Shown one piece after another: positions 50,473-63,697 of a DNA stretch of 64,000 nt (its first letter is position 1; each line of letters opens with the position of its first letter). The stretch covers positions 19,468,001-19,532,000 of the forward strand of contig OX597829.1 of NCBI GenBank assembly GCA_951406725.2, given 5' to 3'. The translations under genes were made by a program, and so were the position numbers. Below the pieces are notes generated by a model. That model did no database searches and was not told the origin of the DNA. It was given only the letters and a program-made list of their open reading frames with translations. The DNA comes from Octopus vulgaris (Eukaryota).

Positions 50473-53400
50473 ATGGCAAGGCTGCAAGCTGGCAAAATCA
50501 TTAGCACACTGGGCAAAATGCTTAGTGACATTTTCTGTTCTTCACAATCTGAGTCAAGTTTTGTTTGAAATCTGTCTTGTAAAACGTTGTTTGTGTCTGT
50601 GTGTCATTTATATTGTAATTTTGATTATGATAATATCATTGGTTGTAAATATTTCTACAAACCAATCTTTAGTTCATGTATTTGTCTGCCTTTCAGTTGT
50701 GTTAACTGCCATCACCTTCTTGGAGTTTCTTCTGGATATCTGAGTTAGATCTGTTAGCTCTTGTTATCATTATGTGTTAATGACTGGTTGATGTCTGTTT
50801 TGTAAATGTTTTATGTATGTACGTATTGTGTATATGTATATGTCTATGTCTGGTCATTGAAACCAATGGTTTTGCATCCACAAAGGGCTTAAGCCCTGTG
50901 GACTTTTTTCGTCTGTTTTTGTTTTTGCTTTAAACTCTGACAAGCCATCCACAGGGCTGATTCCTTTGTGGATGACCGGACATAGACTTAATTACATATA
51001 AATACATTACTGCTCTATGCTTTAGAGTGTGCTGCTTTTTCGGATATATGATACATTGAGGATATATCTATATTTTTATGTGTGTCTGTGTTTGTACCCC
51101 CACCATCACTTGATGGCTGATGTTGGAGTGTTTACATCCCCGTAACTTAGTGGTTTGGCAAAAAAAAAAGAAATCACCTGATTGCTAAGCTACATTGTTA
51201 AAGCAAAATATGCTTCTGTTAAGGTGTGTGTGTATTTACCCTCTGTATGTTGCAGAATTTTTGTCGATAAGTTTAAAACTTTACATCTTATTCTATCAAA
51301 ATATAGTTCATTTTGTAGTGAGAATAAAGCAGTTGTAATACTGAATATAAAGAACCACATGGTTACTTATTAGAACTTTTATATATACAGTCACTTAACC
51401 TGCTTTTTTCAAGTCTCCTTCCTCCTTCTCACAGTGTGTAGTTTTATTGAAAACAGCCGGCTCCGGTTACAAGAGGTCTAATCTCTGATATTTTATTTGA
51501 AGCCATATAATGTTTTGTTGTTGCTGGATGTGTTAACTATAAAAGTGTGAGTGAGTGAATGAGTGATAAAAAATTTTTTAATGAGTGAAGTTTATGATTT
51601 GGGTTTTAAAACCCAGAGTTGTTTCAATTATATTATTAATACCACTAGAACTTAACATGAAACACCTTCGTTTTGAATAATGACAGTTTTCATTTATAGC
51701 TATGTTAGAAACTACTAGCATGGTAATTATGACAAGAGAGAACAGGTCACAAGATTAAATGTTTTATGGTTAAGAAGTTCACTTTGCTATCACATAGTTC
51801 TGAGTTCAATCCCATTGTGTGTCACCTTAGGCAAATATGTATTACCAGAGCTTTGACGTGATTCAACACAAATCTCTTGAATGAAATTAGGTAGATGGAA
51901 ACTATGTGGAAACCTGTCAGATACACTGTCTCTGCTCTTGGATAGCTGGCTTAATCAGTCGCCCTGTTTTACACAACTTCCTGGGCCTTGGGAGACTTTA
52001 TCAGAATATGCCAACCACTTTACAGAGTGGACTGAGAGCTTTTTACATGACTCTATCTCCAGTGCTTTTTACATGGCACCAGCGTCAATGCTTCTTACAT
52101 ATCAATTCTGTTGTGGTGGGTGGGTATTCTTGAGTACAACAACATACAGCATATCTCAGTCTTCTGTCATCTTCGTATCTCTCTCACTCTTTCTCTAGAT
52201 CAAATCTTTGTAATTTGTTTGTTGTGCAGTATGATGTTGTCTGTATTGTATATATTGCGCTTGTCTAATTATTGTTTTAATGGTATGACTTGATTTATGA
52301 TGAGCAATATCTCACAAAGCCTGCTACTAGAAAATAGTTTATGCCTCATCTACACACTTTTATATTGTCATGACCGACAGATGCAATTTTTAAATGCCCT
52401 GATTATTTGAATATATTCAAACACATTTCACATTAGCTATTCTTCTGTTGCATTTTTGTCAATAGAAAATAATGTCGGGATTCCTGTTGTTGTTCAGCCC
52501 TGCTGAACATCCAAGCTTTGTTGCAATATAGTGCATATAGGACCACAGTTTCCTAGTTAGATATATCTCCTATTTTTAATAGGATGGAATTAGAAGATTT
52601 GCTTGCTACTTCTTGCTGACCTAGTATTTATGTAGAGCAGTGGTTTTCAACCGAGGTCCATATAATATCTTATTGTTAAAATTTATTTGCAATGAATTGG
52701 TGAAACTTCTCCAATACACAAAATATTTTAATTCTTTTCTAATACAATTCCTATTTATAATAATAATACAATAGGATTTTTTTTTTGTATACATTGGGAT
52801 AGCTATGGGGGTCCAGTAGAGTAAACTAGTAATCAAAGGGGTCCATAGACAAAAAAGAATTGGCTTGGTTTGTCAGTGCTGGCAGGGGATGAGTCTGTGT
52901 TCCTTAGATTTTCTGAACTATTGTTATTTATTTCCTCCCCAGTCTACTCTGACTAAACAGATATCAGCACTAGATCTTGTTACATATTAAGGTGGCAAGC
53001 TGGCATGCCAGGCGAAATGCTTATTGGTATTTCGTCTGCCACTATGTCCTGAGTTAAAATTTCACCGAGGTCAACTTTGCTTTTCATCTTTTCGGGGTCG
53101 ATAAATTAAGTACCATTTACACACTGGTGTTAATGTAATCGACTTAGTCCCTCTGTCTATCCTTCTTTGTCCCCTCTGTTTAGCCCCTTGTGGGCAATAA
53201 AGAAATGAGAAATGTTAGCACACCGGGTGAAATGCTAACGGAATTTCGTCTGTCTACGTTGAGTTCAAATTCCACCAAGGTTGACTTTGCCTTTCATCCT
53301 TTTGGGGTCGATAAATTAAGTACCAGTTACGCACTGGGGTCGATGTAATCGACTTATCCCTCCCCAAAATTTCAGGCCTTGTGCCTATAGCAGAACCCTT

Positions 53401-53539
53401 GTTGCATATTAAGGACTACATTGTTTAATGTGTCCCTCATCAAGTGGGATTTCAGAGAAAAGAGAGTTGGCACTATTACTAATAAAGATTCTATCATTGG
53501 TTCTTTAAATTGTCGTTTTGTTAAACAGATGAACAGGTA

Positions 53540-53697
53540 CATTATTTACAATTGACTGATATTTGTCCTCATCTTGTTTGTTGTTAACACAATGTTTCGA
53601 CTGATATACCCTCCAGCCTTCATCAGGTGTCCTGGGGAAATTTCAAACCTGGGTTCTCATTCCTAAGGTATTTTTCAATATTGTTGTTGTTGTTGTT
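53540..53697 (-). mobile_element. Third copy of the hammerhead-bearing element, with a 14-bp TSD; ribozyme motif at 53586-53631
   Basis: GACAC CTGATGA AGGCTG GAGGGTATAT CAGTC GAAA CATT GTGTT; flanks cagatgaacaggta (53526) / cagatgaacaagta (53698). Confidence 0.72.
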
Positions 53698-54468
53698 CAG
53701 ATGAACAAGTATTCGAGTATCACAGAATTCTTCTCTTAAAAAATTAAAATGTATGTGTGCTTGCGTGCATATATGTGTTGTCTGTGGGATGTGTGTGTGT
53801 GCATAAAGATTAATATATTTTAGTCTTATGATTACTTGCCATTATTACTCAGTTTGATGGTTGTCACTAATCACCAAAACTATTTCTAATATTTATGGTA
53901 TCTATTAGAAACCAGTACTCCCTGACTGGCTCCCATGGTGGTGGCATGTAAAAAGCACCATCTAAACGTGGTCAATGCCAGTGCTGCTTGACCAGCTCCC
54001 ATGCTGGTGGCGCATAAAAAGCACCATCCAAATGTGGTCGCTGCCAGTGCCCCCTGACTGGCTCCTGTGCTGGTGGCATGTAAAAAGCACCCACTACACT
54101 CTTGGAGTGGTTGGCGTTAGGAAGGGTATCCAGCTGTAGAAACCTTGCCAGATCAGATTGGAGCCTGGTGCAGCCATCTGGTTCGCCAGTCCTCAGTGAA
54201 ACCGTCCAACCCATGCCAGCATGGAAAGCGAACATTAAACGATGATGATGATGAATGCAAAAGGGCTATTGTTGAACAAAGTGTGAAGGTGGTAAGCTGG
54301 CAAAATCATTACTATTATGTTCAGAGCACAGATGCCATCATGGTTGACTTTGTCTTTCATCCTTTTGGAGTCAATGAAATAAATATCAGCTGATCACTGG
54401 GGGTCAGTGTAATCGACTAACAGCCCCCACTCCCCAAAATGGCAAGTTTTGTGCTTATAGAAGATAGG

Positions 54469-54503
<35 letters not shown>

Positions 54504-54730
54504 GGTGGTGAGTTGGCAAAATCATTAGCACACTGGAAAAAATGCTTAGCAGTATTTCAACCATCTCTACATTCTGAGTTCAAATTCCATCAGGGTTGAC
54601 TTTACCTTTCATCCTTTTGGGGCAAATAAAATAATACCAGCTGAATACTGAGGTTGCTGTCATTGACTTAACCCAGCCTGCAAAACTGCTGGTCATGTGC
54701 CAAAATTTGATGCCATTATTTTATTATTGT

Positions 54731-54762
<32 letters not shown>

Positions 54763-55115
54763 TTGTTACCATTATTAAGAAGATAGCAGTGAGGTGGCAG
54801 AATTGTTAGCATGCTTAGTTGAAAAGGTTTAATGGAATTTCTTTTAGCTCTTTATGTTCTGGTTTGAAGTTCTGCCAAGATTGACTTTGCCATTTATCTT
54901 TTTGGGATCAATAAAATAATAGTTCAGAACTGGGTTCGATGTAATCAACAATCTCCCCCCCACAAGCTTCCTAACCAAAATGTCAGGCCTTGTGTCTATA
55001 GTAAAAAAGATTGTTGTTGTTGTTGTTTTTACTGTTGCTGTATAGCCACATGTAAAGTGTGGGTCTTAAACTGTTTTGTTATTATTATGTTATTGATATT
55101 GTTATGTTTTTTCAG

Positions 55116-55266
55116 ATTGCCCTTCCTCGTTCTCGCATACCAATGTATGCAGAGAAACCATTAAACTCACCAACTTTACCGAAATACAACGGTTGGCGTG
55201 AAGCGAATTCAGCCCATGAAATATCTCAAGAAATTCAACCTTACTTAAAGGACACTGAATCAGCTG
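55116..55266 (+). CDS. STXBP4: Exon 8 (IALPRSRIPMYAEKPLNSPTLPKYNGWREANSAHEISQEIQPYLKDTESAG)
   Basis: tttttcag acceptor, G|gtacat donor, 151 nt; within ORF 55059-55277; phases fit. Confidence 0.8.
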
Positions 55267-58089
55267 GTACATATTGACATATTTAACTCTTACTTTATCA
55301 AAATTCTATACACATTTTTTTCGTTTTCTTTAGCATCATTCTTTATTATTATTATTATTATTATTAATATTAATAATAATATTGTTTAAAGAGTGACTTC
55401 TGCCATCATTCACACAATACCATTTTATTATAAAAAGAGGCACTGGATATTATCTAAGAGACACTATTCCAGATGGTATGATCACTTCTTTAGTGGACTT
55501 TGATTGTAGAACTTGTTATCATTATCACTGTAACGTCCACTTTTTCAGGCTTGCATGAGTTGGACAGAGTTTATCAAGACAGATTTTTCAATAGATGGAT
55601 GCCCCTCTTCTCACCGACCCTGAACTATTTCCATGTAAAATGCCATTTCCTTATGGCCAGACATGTTTGGAAACAAAAGACACTGTTTGTATGACATTGA
55701 CATTTATTTACAACTATGACACAGCGCCAGGACAAGGAAACAGTAATACCCACCTCACCATTATCATGCATTCTCAATTATAAATATCTATTTACATCAT
55801 CATCATCATTGTTTAACGTCCGCTTTCCATGCTAGCATGGGTTGGACGATTTGACTGAGGACTGGCGAACTAGAAGGCTGCACCAGGCTGCAATCTGATC
55901 TGGCAGAGTTTCTACAGCTGGATGCCCTTCCTTACGCCAACCACTCCAAGAGTGTAGTGGGTGCTTTTATGTGACACTGGCACAAGGGCCAGTCAAGCAG
56001 TACTGGCAACGGCCACGCTCGAAATGGTGTTTTTTATGTGCCACCTGCACAGGAGCCAGTCCAGTGGCACTGGCAACAACCTTGCTATATTTACATATGT
56101 AAATAGATGTTTACATGTAAATATCTATTTACATATATAAATATCCATTTACATACAAATAGATATGCATGGCTTCTTCTAGTTTCCTTCTACCAAATCC
56201 ACTCTGGTTTGCCCAAAATTATAGTAGACAACTCTAACCCTAGGTGCCATGCTGTGGACTGAATCCAAGCCACGCCTGTACCTAGCGACGTTGATTCACT
56301 TAAGAACTGATCACAAGTTAATCAACTGGATCAGGTGCAGGTATAGCTGTATTAACTCAAGAATTGACTGAGTAATTCAGCAAGCGGACCAGGGCGACAA
56401 CATAAGCTTGTCCGCACTGTTACAATGCACACCCATATGATGAATCACCCAGCATATCAGAGAATTTGATATGGCTCTCAGCTAGGTGAAAGGAAGTTGG
56501 AGGTGATATGGTAAATTTAGAACAACACACTCGTGAGTTACACCTGTCATTTGACTGTCTGTGTACATTTCATATGCATATTCAAATGGAGCTACAGCAA
56601 TGACTAAGTAAATTTTGTGTTTGTTAACTTAGTAGATAACTGAAGGCATTGGCAATGAAAAGAAATTATGCTTGTAATAAATCATGTGATAGTCTACAAT
56701 TAACCAGATCATTATTATGCAAACACCAACAGGACAAAGGAAAAGATGAAAAACAAGGGCCACAAGGCATTTTGGGAGGACCTGAGAACTGTCAACAAAA
56801 AGCTCAGAATGTACAATCTAGAACACTGGAAGAGGACAGTTGCTTGATGTACAAACATGTGGGATGACCTCTGACTGAATAAGTGTGTAATGTTATTGAT
56901 TATATGACAAGTGGGAGAAAGGCCTGTGAATTAATTTTAGCAGCTAAGCTGTGATAAAAACAGTGCATTGAGATCTGAATGAAACGTTTGTGTCTTAGAA
57001 ATAAGATGACACTTGATTGAAATACTGGATTAAGTAACAATTCAGCTCGTGCTAGTATGAGGAGATGAAAATGAAGATAAATACTCTGTTGTTGAAACTG
57101 TTTTTTTTCCCCCCCTATGACTAGCTGCTTCTCTTGTTGCTAACCCCCACACTTCTTTACAAGTAAGGTAATATTTTTGATATTCCTTTGAAGAGCAAGC
57201 AGGTCAATGTTGTTTGCATGAATAGTGACTTTGTTTGCAATTAAGAGCGCAAATGTCAAAATAAAGGACAAAGAGACACACACACAAACACTTCCTAAAG
57301 TTTCCGCTTACCAAATTTCATTGAAAAGGCATTGGCCAACCCAAGCTATAGCCAATAGTGGCAACACAGTGAGAACTAATCCTGAACCATTTGGTTCCAA
57401 TGCAAATGTCTTAACTTCACAGCCATGCTTGTGCTAGTACTACTGGAAAAAGCATAACTACTTTGATTCATTTTACCATTTCTCTGAAGTGAAATCTTTA
57501 CATGAGCAGAGAATACTTCCAAGGCAGAGAATACTTTAGTTCTCACCAACTACTAGCTATCCACAAAATTCAAATGATATCACCAATGGAGTACTGATCC
57601 CATATTTTAGACAATGCTGCTGTTGATCTCACAAGTGTTCTAGATCACATCTAAAAAAGAAAAAGAAAAACTGATAATCATGAAGTCTCTCACCAACATA
57701 CATCAACTTCTCGCCATAAAATGCTTTTCCACTGCTATTACAATGGTTATTCCCCTTGGATTTTGTTCTACCTCCATTTAAATACTTTTAACTCTTATGT
57801 TTCTCCTCCTCTCATTGCCTACATTGTGTCCACTCACTCACTCACCCCATGATGATCATTATACCCAGTTCCCTTTTTTTATTCTCTGGTATTGCCTCCT
57901 TGCTCTTATTTTTCCTGCAATTGTTAACTTACAAATGTTCAAGCACTTTAACCACATCAACTTTACTGGACTCAAAGAATGGGTATAGCCCCTTCATTCA
58001 GACCAAACTAATAAGGAGTTAACCCAAAAAAAAGTTATTCTTCTTACTTGGTTGTTTCCCTTATTTTTAAAGCCACACGAATTTCTTTG

Positions 58090-58400
58090 GTCGAAGACAA
58101 CTGATACTCATTAGTGTTGGGTACTGACTGAAAGGGTACAGTTGCAAATACAAGCAGCTGAAATAGGGTTCATCTGAAGGATCTCAAGAGTGGACATTGC
58201 ATGACAGGGTGCATAGCTCAGAGATCAGTGAGTCTCTCCAAGTTGGAGCTGTTACTTCCCTGCATTGAGAGATCATAGCTCTGGTACTATGATTAAAAGG
58301 TCACAAGAAAGAATCAGAAGACAGATTCTTGAAGCTAAGCTGACTGGTAAGAGATGTAGAGGTAGACCAAGAATGTGATGTTGTTAGGATAATGTCCATA
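58090..58400 (+). mobile_element. RTE (Rex3/Expander-like) LINE fragment
   Basis: CWVLTERVQLQIQAAEIGFI*RIS..LHDRVHSSEISESLQV..RQILEAKLTGKRCRGRPR with stops and frameshifts. Confidence 0.7.
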
Positions 58401-60155
58401 GTTTCAGTTGCTCATGCTTGGGAATCCAGATACAAAGTGTAATGATGATTGATTCTGATAGGACCATGTGGAGCAGGTACCTAAGGGCTCTACTCACTTG
58501 ACTCTCTCGGTAAAAGGAGGAAGAGAAGATGGACGGACAATCGTCAACAACCAATCATGATTTTGACCTGTTTAGATCACATCGGCTCCAATGTGATTTG
58601 AACAAATACATGTACTTATTTCTTTATTGCCCACAATGGGCTAAACATAGAGGGGACAAACAAGGACAGACAAAGGGATTAAGTCTTTTAGATCGACCCC
58701 CCCCCCCCCGTGCATAACTAGTACTTAATTTATCGACCCTGAAAGGATGAAAGGCAAAGTAAACCTCGGTGGAATTTGAACTCAGAACGTAACAGCAGAT
58801 GAAATACGGTTATGTATTTCGCCCAGCGTGCTAACGTTTCTGCCAGCTTGCCGCCTTGTACTTTCGGTCATTAACCATAATAAAGCACCTGGTAGTGTAG
58901 ATTTTGAAAGAGGTGTTTTAGAAGGAATTACGTAACACAGCTTAGAGTGTATTAATTAATTATAAGAAGTATTTTGAGGCCTTTATTTTAAAAGAATTCA
59001 GTTAGACCTAGACACGGTGCCACATTAAAAGCACTGATGCTGATGCCCCATGAAAAGCATCCAGTACACTCTGCAAAGTGATTGACATTAAGAAGGGCAT
59101 CCAGCCATAGAAACCAAGCAAGAACAGACAATGGAGCATGATGTGGCCCTTGGACTTACCAGCTCCTGTCAAACCATCCAACCCACATCAGCATAGAAAA
59201 TGAACATTAAATGTTGATATTGATATTCCCACTAAGGTGTATAACACTAACATTGTTTTAGAACAAAAGCTGAAAGATACATATTAGATATTGAATTAGT
59301 CAGTTAAAATGGACCAAACTTTCAATGGCATTGTTCTGCTTCACATTTTCCAATTCTCCCAATTATTCTACAGATTGATTCTATTGAAAATGTTACCAAT
59401 AAAAAGTTCTATTCAGATCCAGTGTTTTCTCAATCTTTTTGACTTAGTGATGCATTAGGGACTAAGTGTAAAATCACTGGTACTAAGGAAATCAAGTAGA
59501 AAATCACTGTACACTTCAAATGGGAAGTTGAAAATTAAAAATAAAAATTGTTTTAAAGTCTGCTTCCCTAACCACTGGGCCATTACACCACCACATATGT
59601 GTATAACATGTTTATGAATATGTTTTCCAAGATTTCCAGCATTAATAGTACATTTTTTCATTCACTAACTTTATATGTGTATAGTGACACTCCATTGGTT
59701 ATAACGATAAAAGTTCCCATTAATCCGATCAACGGAACAGCCTGCTTATGAAATTTACGTGCAAGTGGCTGAGCACTCCACAGACACGTGTACCCTTAAC
59801 ATAGTTCTCAGGGAGATTCAGTGTGACAAGGCTGGACCTTTGAAATGCACGTACAACAGTAACAGGAAGAAAGAATGAGAGAAAGTTGTGAAAAAGTACA
59901 GCAATGTTCACCACCACCCTCTTGCTGGAGTCTTGTGGAGCTTTAGGTGTTTTTGCTCAATAAACACACACACACTACAGGCTTCTTTCATTTTCCTTCT
60001 ATCAAATCCACTCACAAGACTTTTGTTGACCTGGGGTTATAGTAAAAGACACTTGCCCAAGTTTCCACGTAGTGGGACTGTGGTTGGGAAGCAAATTTCT
60101 TATCACACGGCCATGCCTGCATCTATAATATAATTTTTTCTTTTTCGCTTTTCAG

Positions 60156-60313
60156 GTAAATCATCTATTTTACATATACATTACTCTGATGAGGCCCCGA
60201 ATAATAAATATGGAAATTCTAAGGTTAATTTTTGTCAGGATGAAAATGTTTCGACATCTACTCAGTTACCACATTCACCACAAAACAATGTGAATCTCAA
60301 GGAAATGACAGAT
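60156..60313 (+). CDS. STXBP4: Exon 9 (KSSILHIHYSDEAPNNKYG...NNVNLKEMTD)
   Basis: cttttcag acceptor, GAT|gtaagt donor, 158 nt, open in phase. Confidence 0.82.
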
Positions 60314-62637
60314 GTAAGTATGCACTGAAAATACTTCTCATTTGATATTTGGTTTCTTCTCTTACTGCACTTCCTCATGACTTTTAATCTGAGCCTTTCC
60401 TGTAAATCATTTAAATCTGGCATAAGCAGTCCCATACCAATTTCTATCCTATTTGCTGCCCTGTGAGAGAGCCTTGGGAAAGGAAAATCCTATGGGATAG
60501 TGTAATTCCCCTTCCCTTCATTCTTTGTAAATGGAATGTGAGTATACACAAATTTTTGACAGTATCTTTTGCAAAAAGATTATAGTTGAATGCAGGTTAC
60601 TATCTGTAGCATTCTTCATTATCATCATCGTCATCATTGTTTAATATCTGCCTTCCATGTTGGCATGGGTTGATGGTTTGACAGGAGCTGGCCAGAGAGA
60701 AGCCTGCACCAGACTTATATGTCTGTTTTGGCATAGTTTTTACAGCTTGATGCCCTCCCTAATGCCGACCACCCTGCAAAGTGGACAGTGCTATTTACAT
60801 AGCAACAGGGTTGCCAAATAACTTGCAAGACAAAGAACCTTTGAGAATGGGGGTCGGGTGGGGTGAAGGAGGTGATCTTGTGTCCACGCGTGTTTATTAT
60901 AGTTGTAAAGAGGACATCTTCATGTGTATACATACACACATAACCCCCCTTACATACACCTTACAATTGTGATGGGGACATATGGTTTATACAACCACCT
61001 TGTTTAAACTGGAGTATAGTTTCTTACTTTTAGTGTTTGTGTAGTCATCATCCTCATCATCATTTAGCGTCCGCTTTCCATGCTAGCATGGGTTCGACGG
61101 TTCAACTGGGGGCTGTGAAGCCAGAAGGCTGCATCAGGCCCAGTCTGATCTGGCAGTGTTTCTACAGCTGGATGCCCTTCCTAACACCAACCACTCCGCG
61201 AGTGTAGTGGGTGCTTTTTACATGCCACCCGCACAGGTGCCAGACGGAGCTGGCAAACGGCCACGAACGGATGGTGCTTTTACGTGCCACCGGCACAGGA
61301 GCCAGGCGAGCTGGATGGTGCTTTTTACATGCCACCGGCACATAGTAAGGTACAAAATTCTACAGTAAACCAAGAAGTGAAGTTCCTCAGTTGGTTTATT
61401 ACCCTCTTTGACACTCTTCCAGCAATTATATGATAGGTGGAGCTCTCCATTCCTTCTCTGTATGGCAATTCATCTGGAAGGCCACACCAATGTAACACCT
61501 ACAGCTTGATGGAACATTTGTGGCTGCCTTAGCCCACTGAGCCATTGTGGTCAGATCTCCAAGTCTAAAAGACTGAAATTGGATTGCCTAGATTGAGTCT
61601 CACTTTAAAACTGTTAAGTACAGGCAGGAAGGAATGGAGAGGAACCCTAACCCTGCAGGAATGATGGAGAGGAGACAAAAATGACAGGTACTGGATGGTA
61701 CTGCTAGTTGCAGTCTCAACCCCACAAGTAGATGACATTCTTCTCCTTCATCTTCAGACATGAAGAACTGCATTCACCTTCTTTTGTACCTCTTTTTTTT
61801 TCCTATTTATTTTTTTAGTTTACATTAAGAGTTCTCAACTATTTTTTTATCTATGGACCCCTTATATTACTATTTTATTATGGTGGACCCCTATAACCAG
61901 TTGATGCTTAAAAACTAGTTTTATAGAAATTTCCTTCAAAATTCCTATTTTGTTTTTCATACATAAACTTATGTAGGTTGAACTATGTAAAATGTTAGAG
62001 AAAGAAACCTAGCTGTTTCTCGCAATACATACATCTAAAGCAGGGGTTCTCAACCATTTTTTATCTATGGACCCCTTTCATTACTATTTTATTCCGGTGG
62101 ATCCCCATAACCATTTGATGTTTACAAACTAGTTTTATAGAAACTTCTTAGAGAAAGAAACCTAGCTGTTTCTTGCAATACATCTATAGCAAATTTTTTT
62201 TCTGGAGCCTTTAAAATACCCAATTTATTATTTTGTTGTGTGGACTCCTAAAAATCTTATATGGATCCCTGTTGAGAACCACTGGTCTACATGCATCATA
62301 ATTCCAAGTTCCCTTTCAGCCGTTTGTGTCTTGGTCTTTGACTCCTTGATCTGTACGTTTTACAAATATCATGTTCCCATCACTAGTAAATTGCAGCTAC
62401 TATTGATAGATCCTTCATTGGCTTTGATGATTATCACTCTGATCTTTGACAAATTGATCTACCTATTAGTTAATTTAATGAGTGGGTACTCTTAATGTAA
62501 TTTTCAAGCCATAATCATCTGTAGCATAATATATGGCAAAGACAAAGATGTGTGTTTGATTTCCGGGCAAAAATCCATGCAAAAGGGGCTTCTGTTATAT
62601 TTCTACCTACCCAGTTTAACATACAAGGTTTGGGTTG

Positions 62638-62856
62638 ACCCAAGACTATAATAAAATAAGAATTAAAAAAAAACATTTGGCCAAGATGCAGGGCAACATG
62701 ATGAGACCCAGAACATTATATCATCATTATCTAGTGTTTTAAACCCTTGATCCAAGACTATAACAAAATGAGAATAAAAAGAAAATTGACCAAAACGCAG
62801 GGCAACATGAGACCCAGAACATCATATCTTCATCATCGTCATCCAGTGTTTTAAAT
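62638..62856. repeat. Tandem duplication of ~110 bp spanning a SINE/LINE-tail junction
   Basis: ccaagactata...gcagggcaacatga..gacccagaacat...agtgttttaaa occurs twice. Confidence 0.7.
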
Positions 62857-63600
62857 CCGAGTTTTGTCTCCGTTAATAGGGGTGGCTGGATTTACCTCAA
62901 TGCTATAGCAACTGAGGTAGGCAGGTGCAGCTCACTCCAATCTTTGGGCTTGCTGGTGCCCATTCTCCTTTGCTATCATGAGGCTTTTTTGGAGCTGGAT
63001 TTTCTATGGGGAGCATGCCCTTGCTTACCCTCAACCTCAGTTTCTAGACATGAGTGGTTCCCCGAGACCAAGGCCTCTACCACGATTTTTAAGAAATGTG
63101 GTGGAAAACAAGCTCAGGAAGGCAGGGATGCTACTCCCTGAGACCCCTTTTAGAATCCCACCCCCACCTATCAGCAAAGAATATTCCTTAAGTACTTCAC
63201 CATGCCTACAACTTTTGCTATTACTGCAACAACTTGTACCACCACCAGCTTCTAACATTCTACACATCTTCCCTGTGTACATCAGTGTATATTTCCTATG
63301 ACACATGTAGATTCATTCCATCTTCTCTACAACAACCATCCACTCACTCTTTTTAGTGCCTTTTCTGTGCTTCTTCAAATAATGTTAATTTTCTTGTTTA
63401 AAAAAATAAGGAAAAAGAAAGAGAAGCAATAAGGAATCTCTTGTCATTCTTTGATGTTCACTTTCCCATGTTTTAAGTTTTCTTCCATTTTTCACTTTTG
63501 TAGTCTTTTTTCTATTTGTTCTTATTAATCTCTCTCTCTCTCTCTCGCTCGCACACACACACAAATTACATTTTTTTTTCATTCTTTATACTCTGATCAG

Positions 63601-63697
63601 CTGTGGCAAACATTAGGTTTTCAACCAACTCCTAATGAATTGGCTGCCATCAGGTACCGTGTGGCTGTTGATGAAAATGGAATGGTTTCTTATGAAG
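63601..63697 (+). CDS. STXBP4: Exon 10 (LWQTLGFQPTPNELAAIRYRVAVDENGMVSYE), EF-hand-like segment
   Basis: gatcag acceptor, G|gtaact donor, 97 nt; DENGMVSYE EF-loop-like motif. Confidence 0.88.

Larger units (their letters stand above)
2198..63697 (+). other. STXBP4: Multi-exon gene, syntaxin-binding protein 4 (Synip)-like PDZ/EF-hand scaffold; 3' part (expected coiled-coil/WW) lies beyond the window
   Basis: Ten exons with GT-AG ends whose phases chain without a stop (2,1,1,2,2,1,0,1,0,1). PDZ: IVYDNCSKGIGLQIIGG...GIFVKKLLPNGIAKTEGQLKVGDQLLSVNGNTLEDATNEYAVDILRRASESNHMELVITRD. The last exon LWQTLGFQPTPNELAAIRYRVAVDENGMVSYE resembles the STXBP4 segment LNYLGIQPTKEQHQALRQQVQADSKGTVSFGDF (recalled, not searched). 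Confidence 0.8.

Noticed and set aside
50930-50990. Hammerhead-like ctgacaa...stem...ggac
   Set aside because: Both inverted arms have GAC where GAAAC is required; better explained as a terminal inverted repeat
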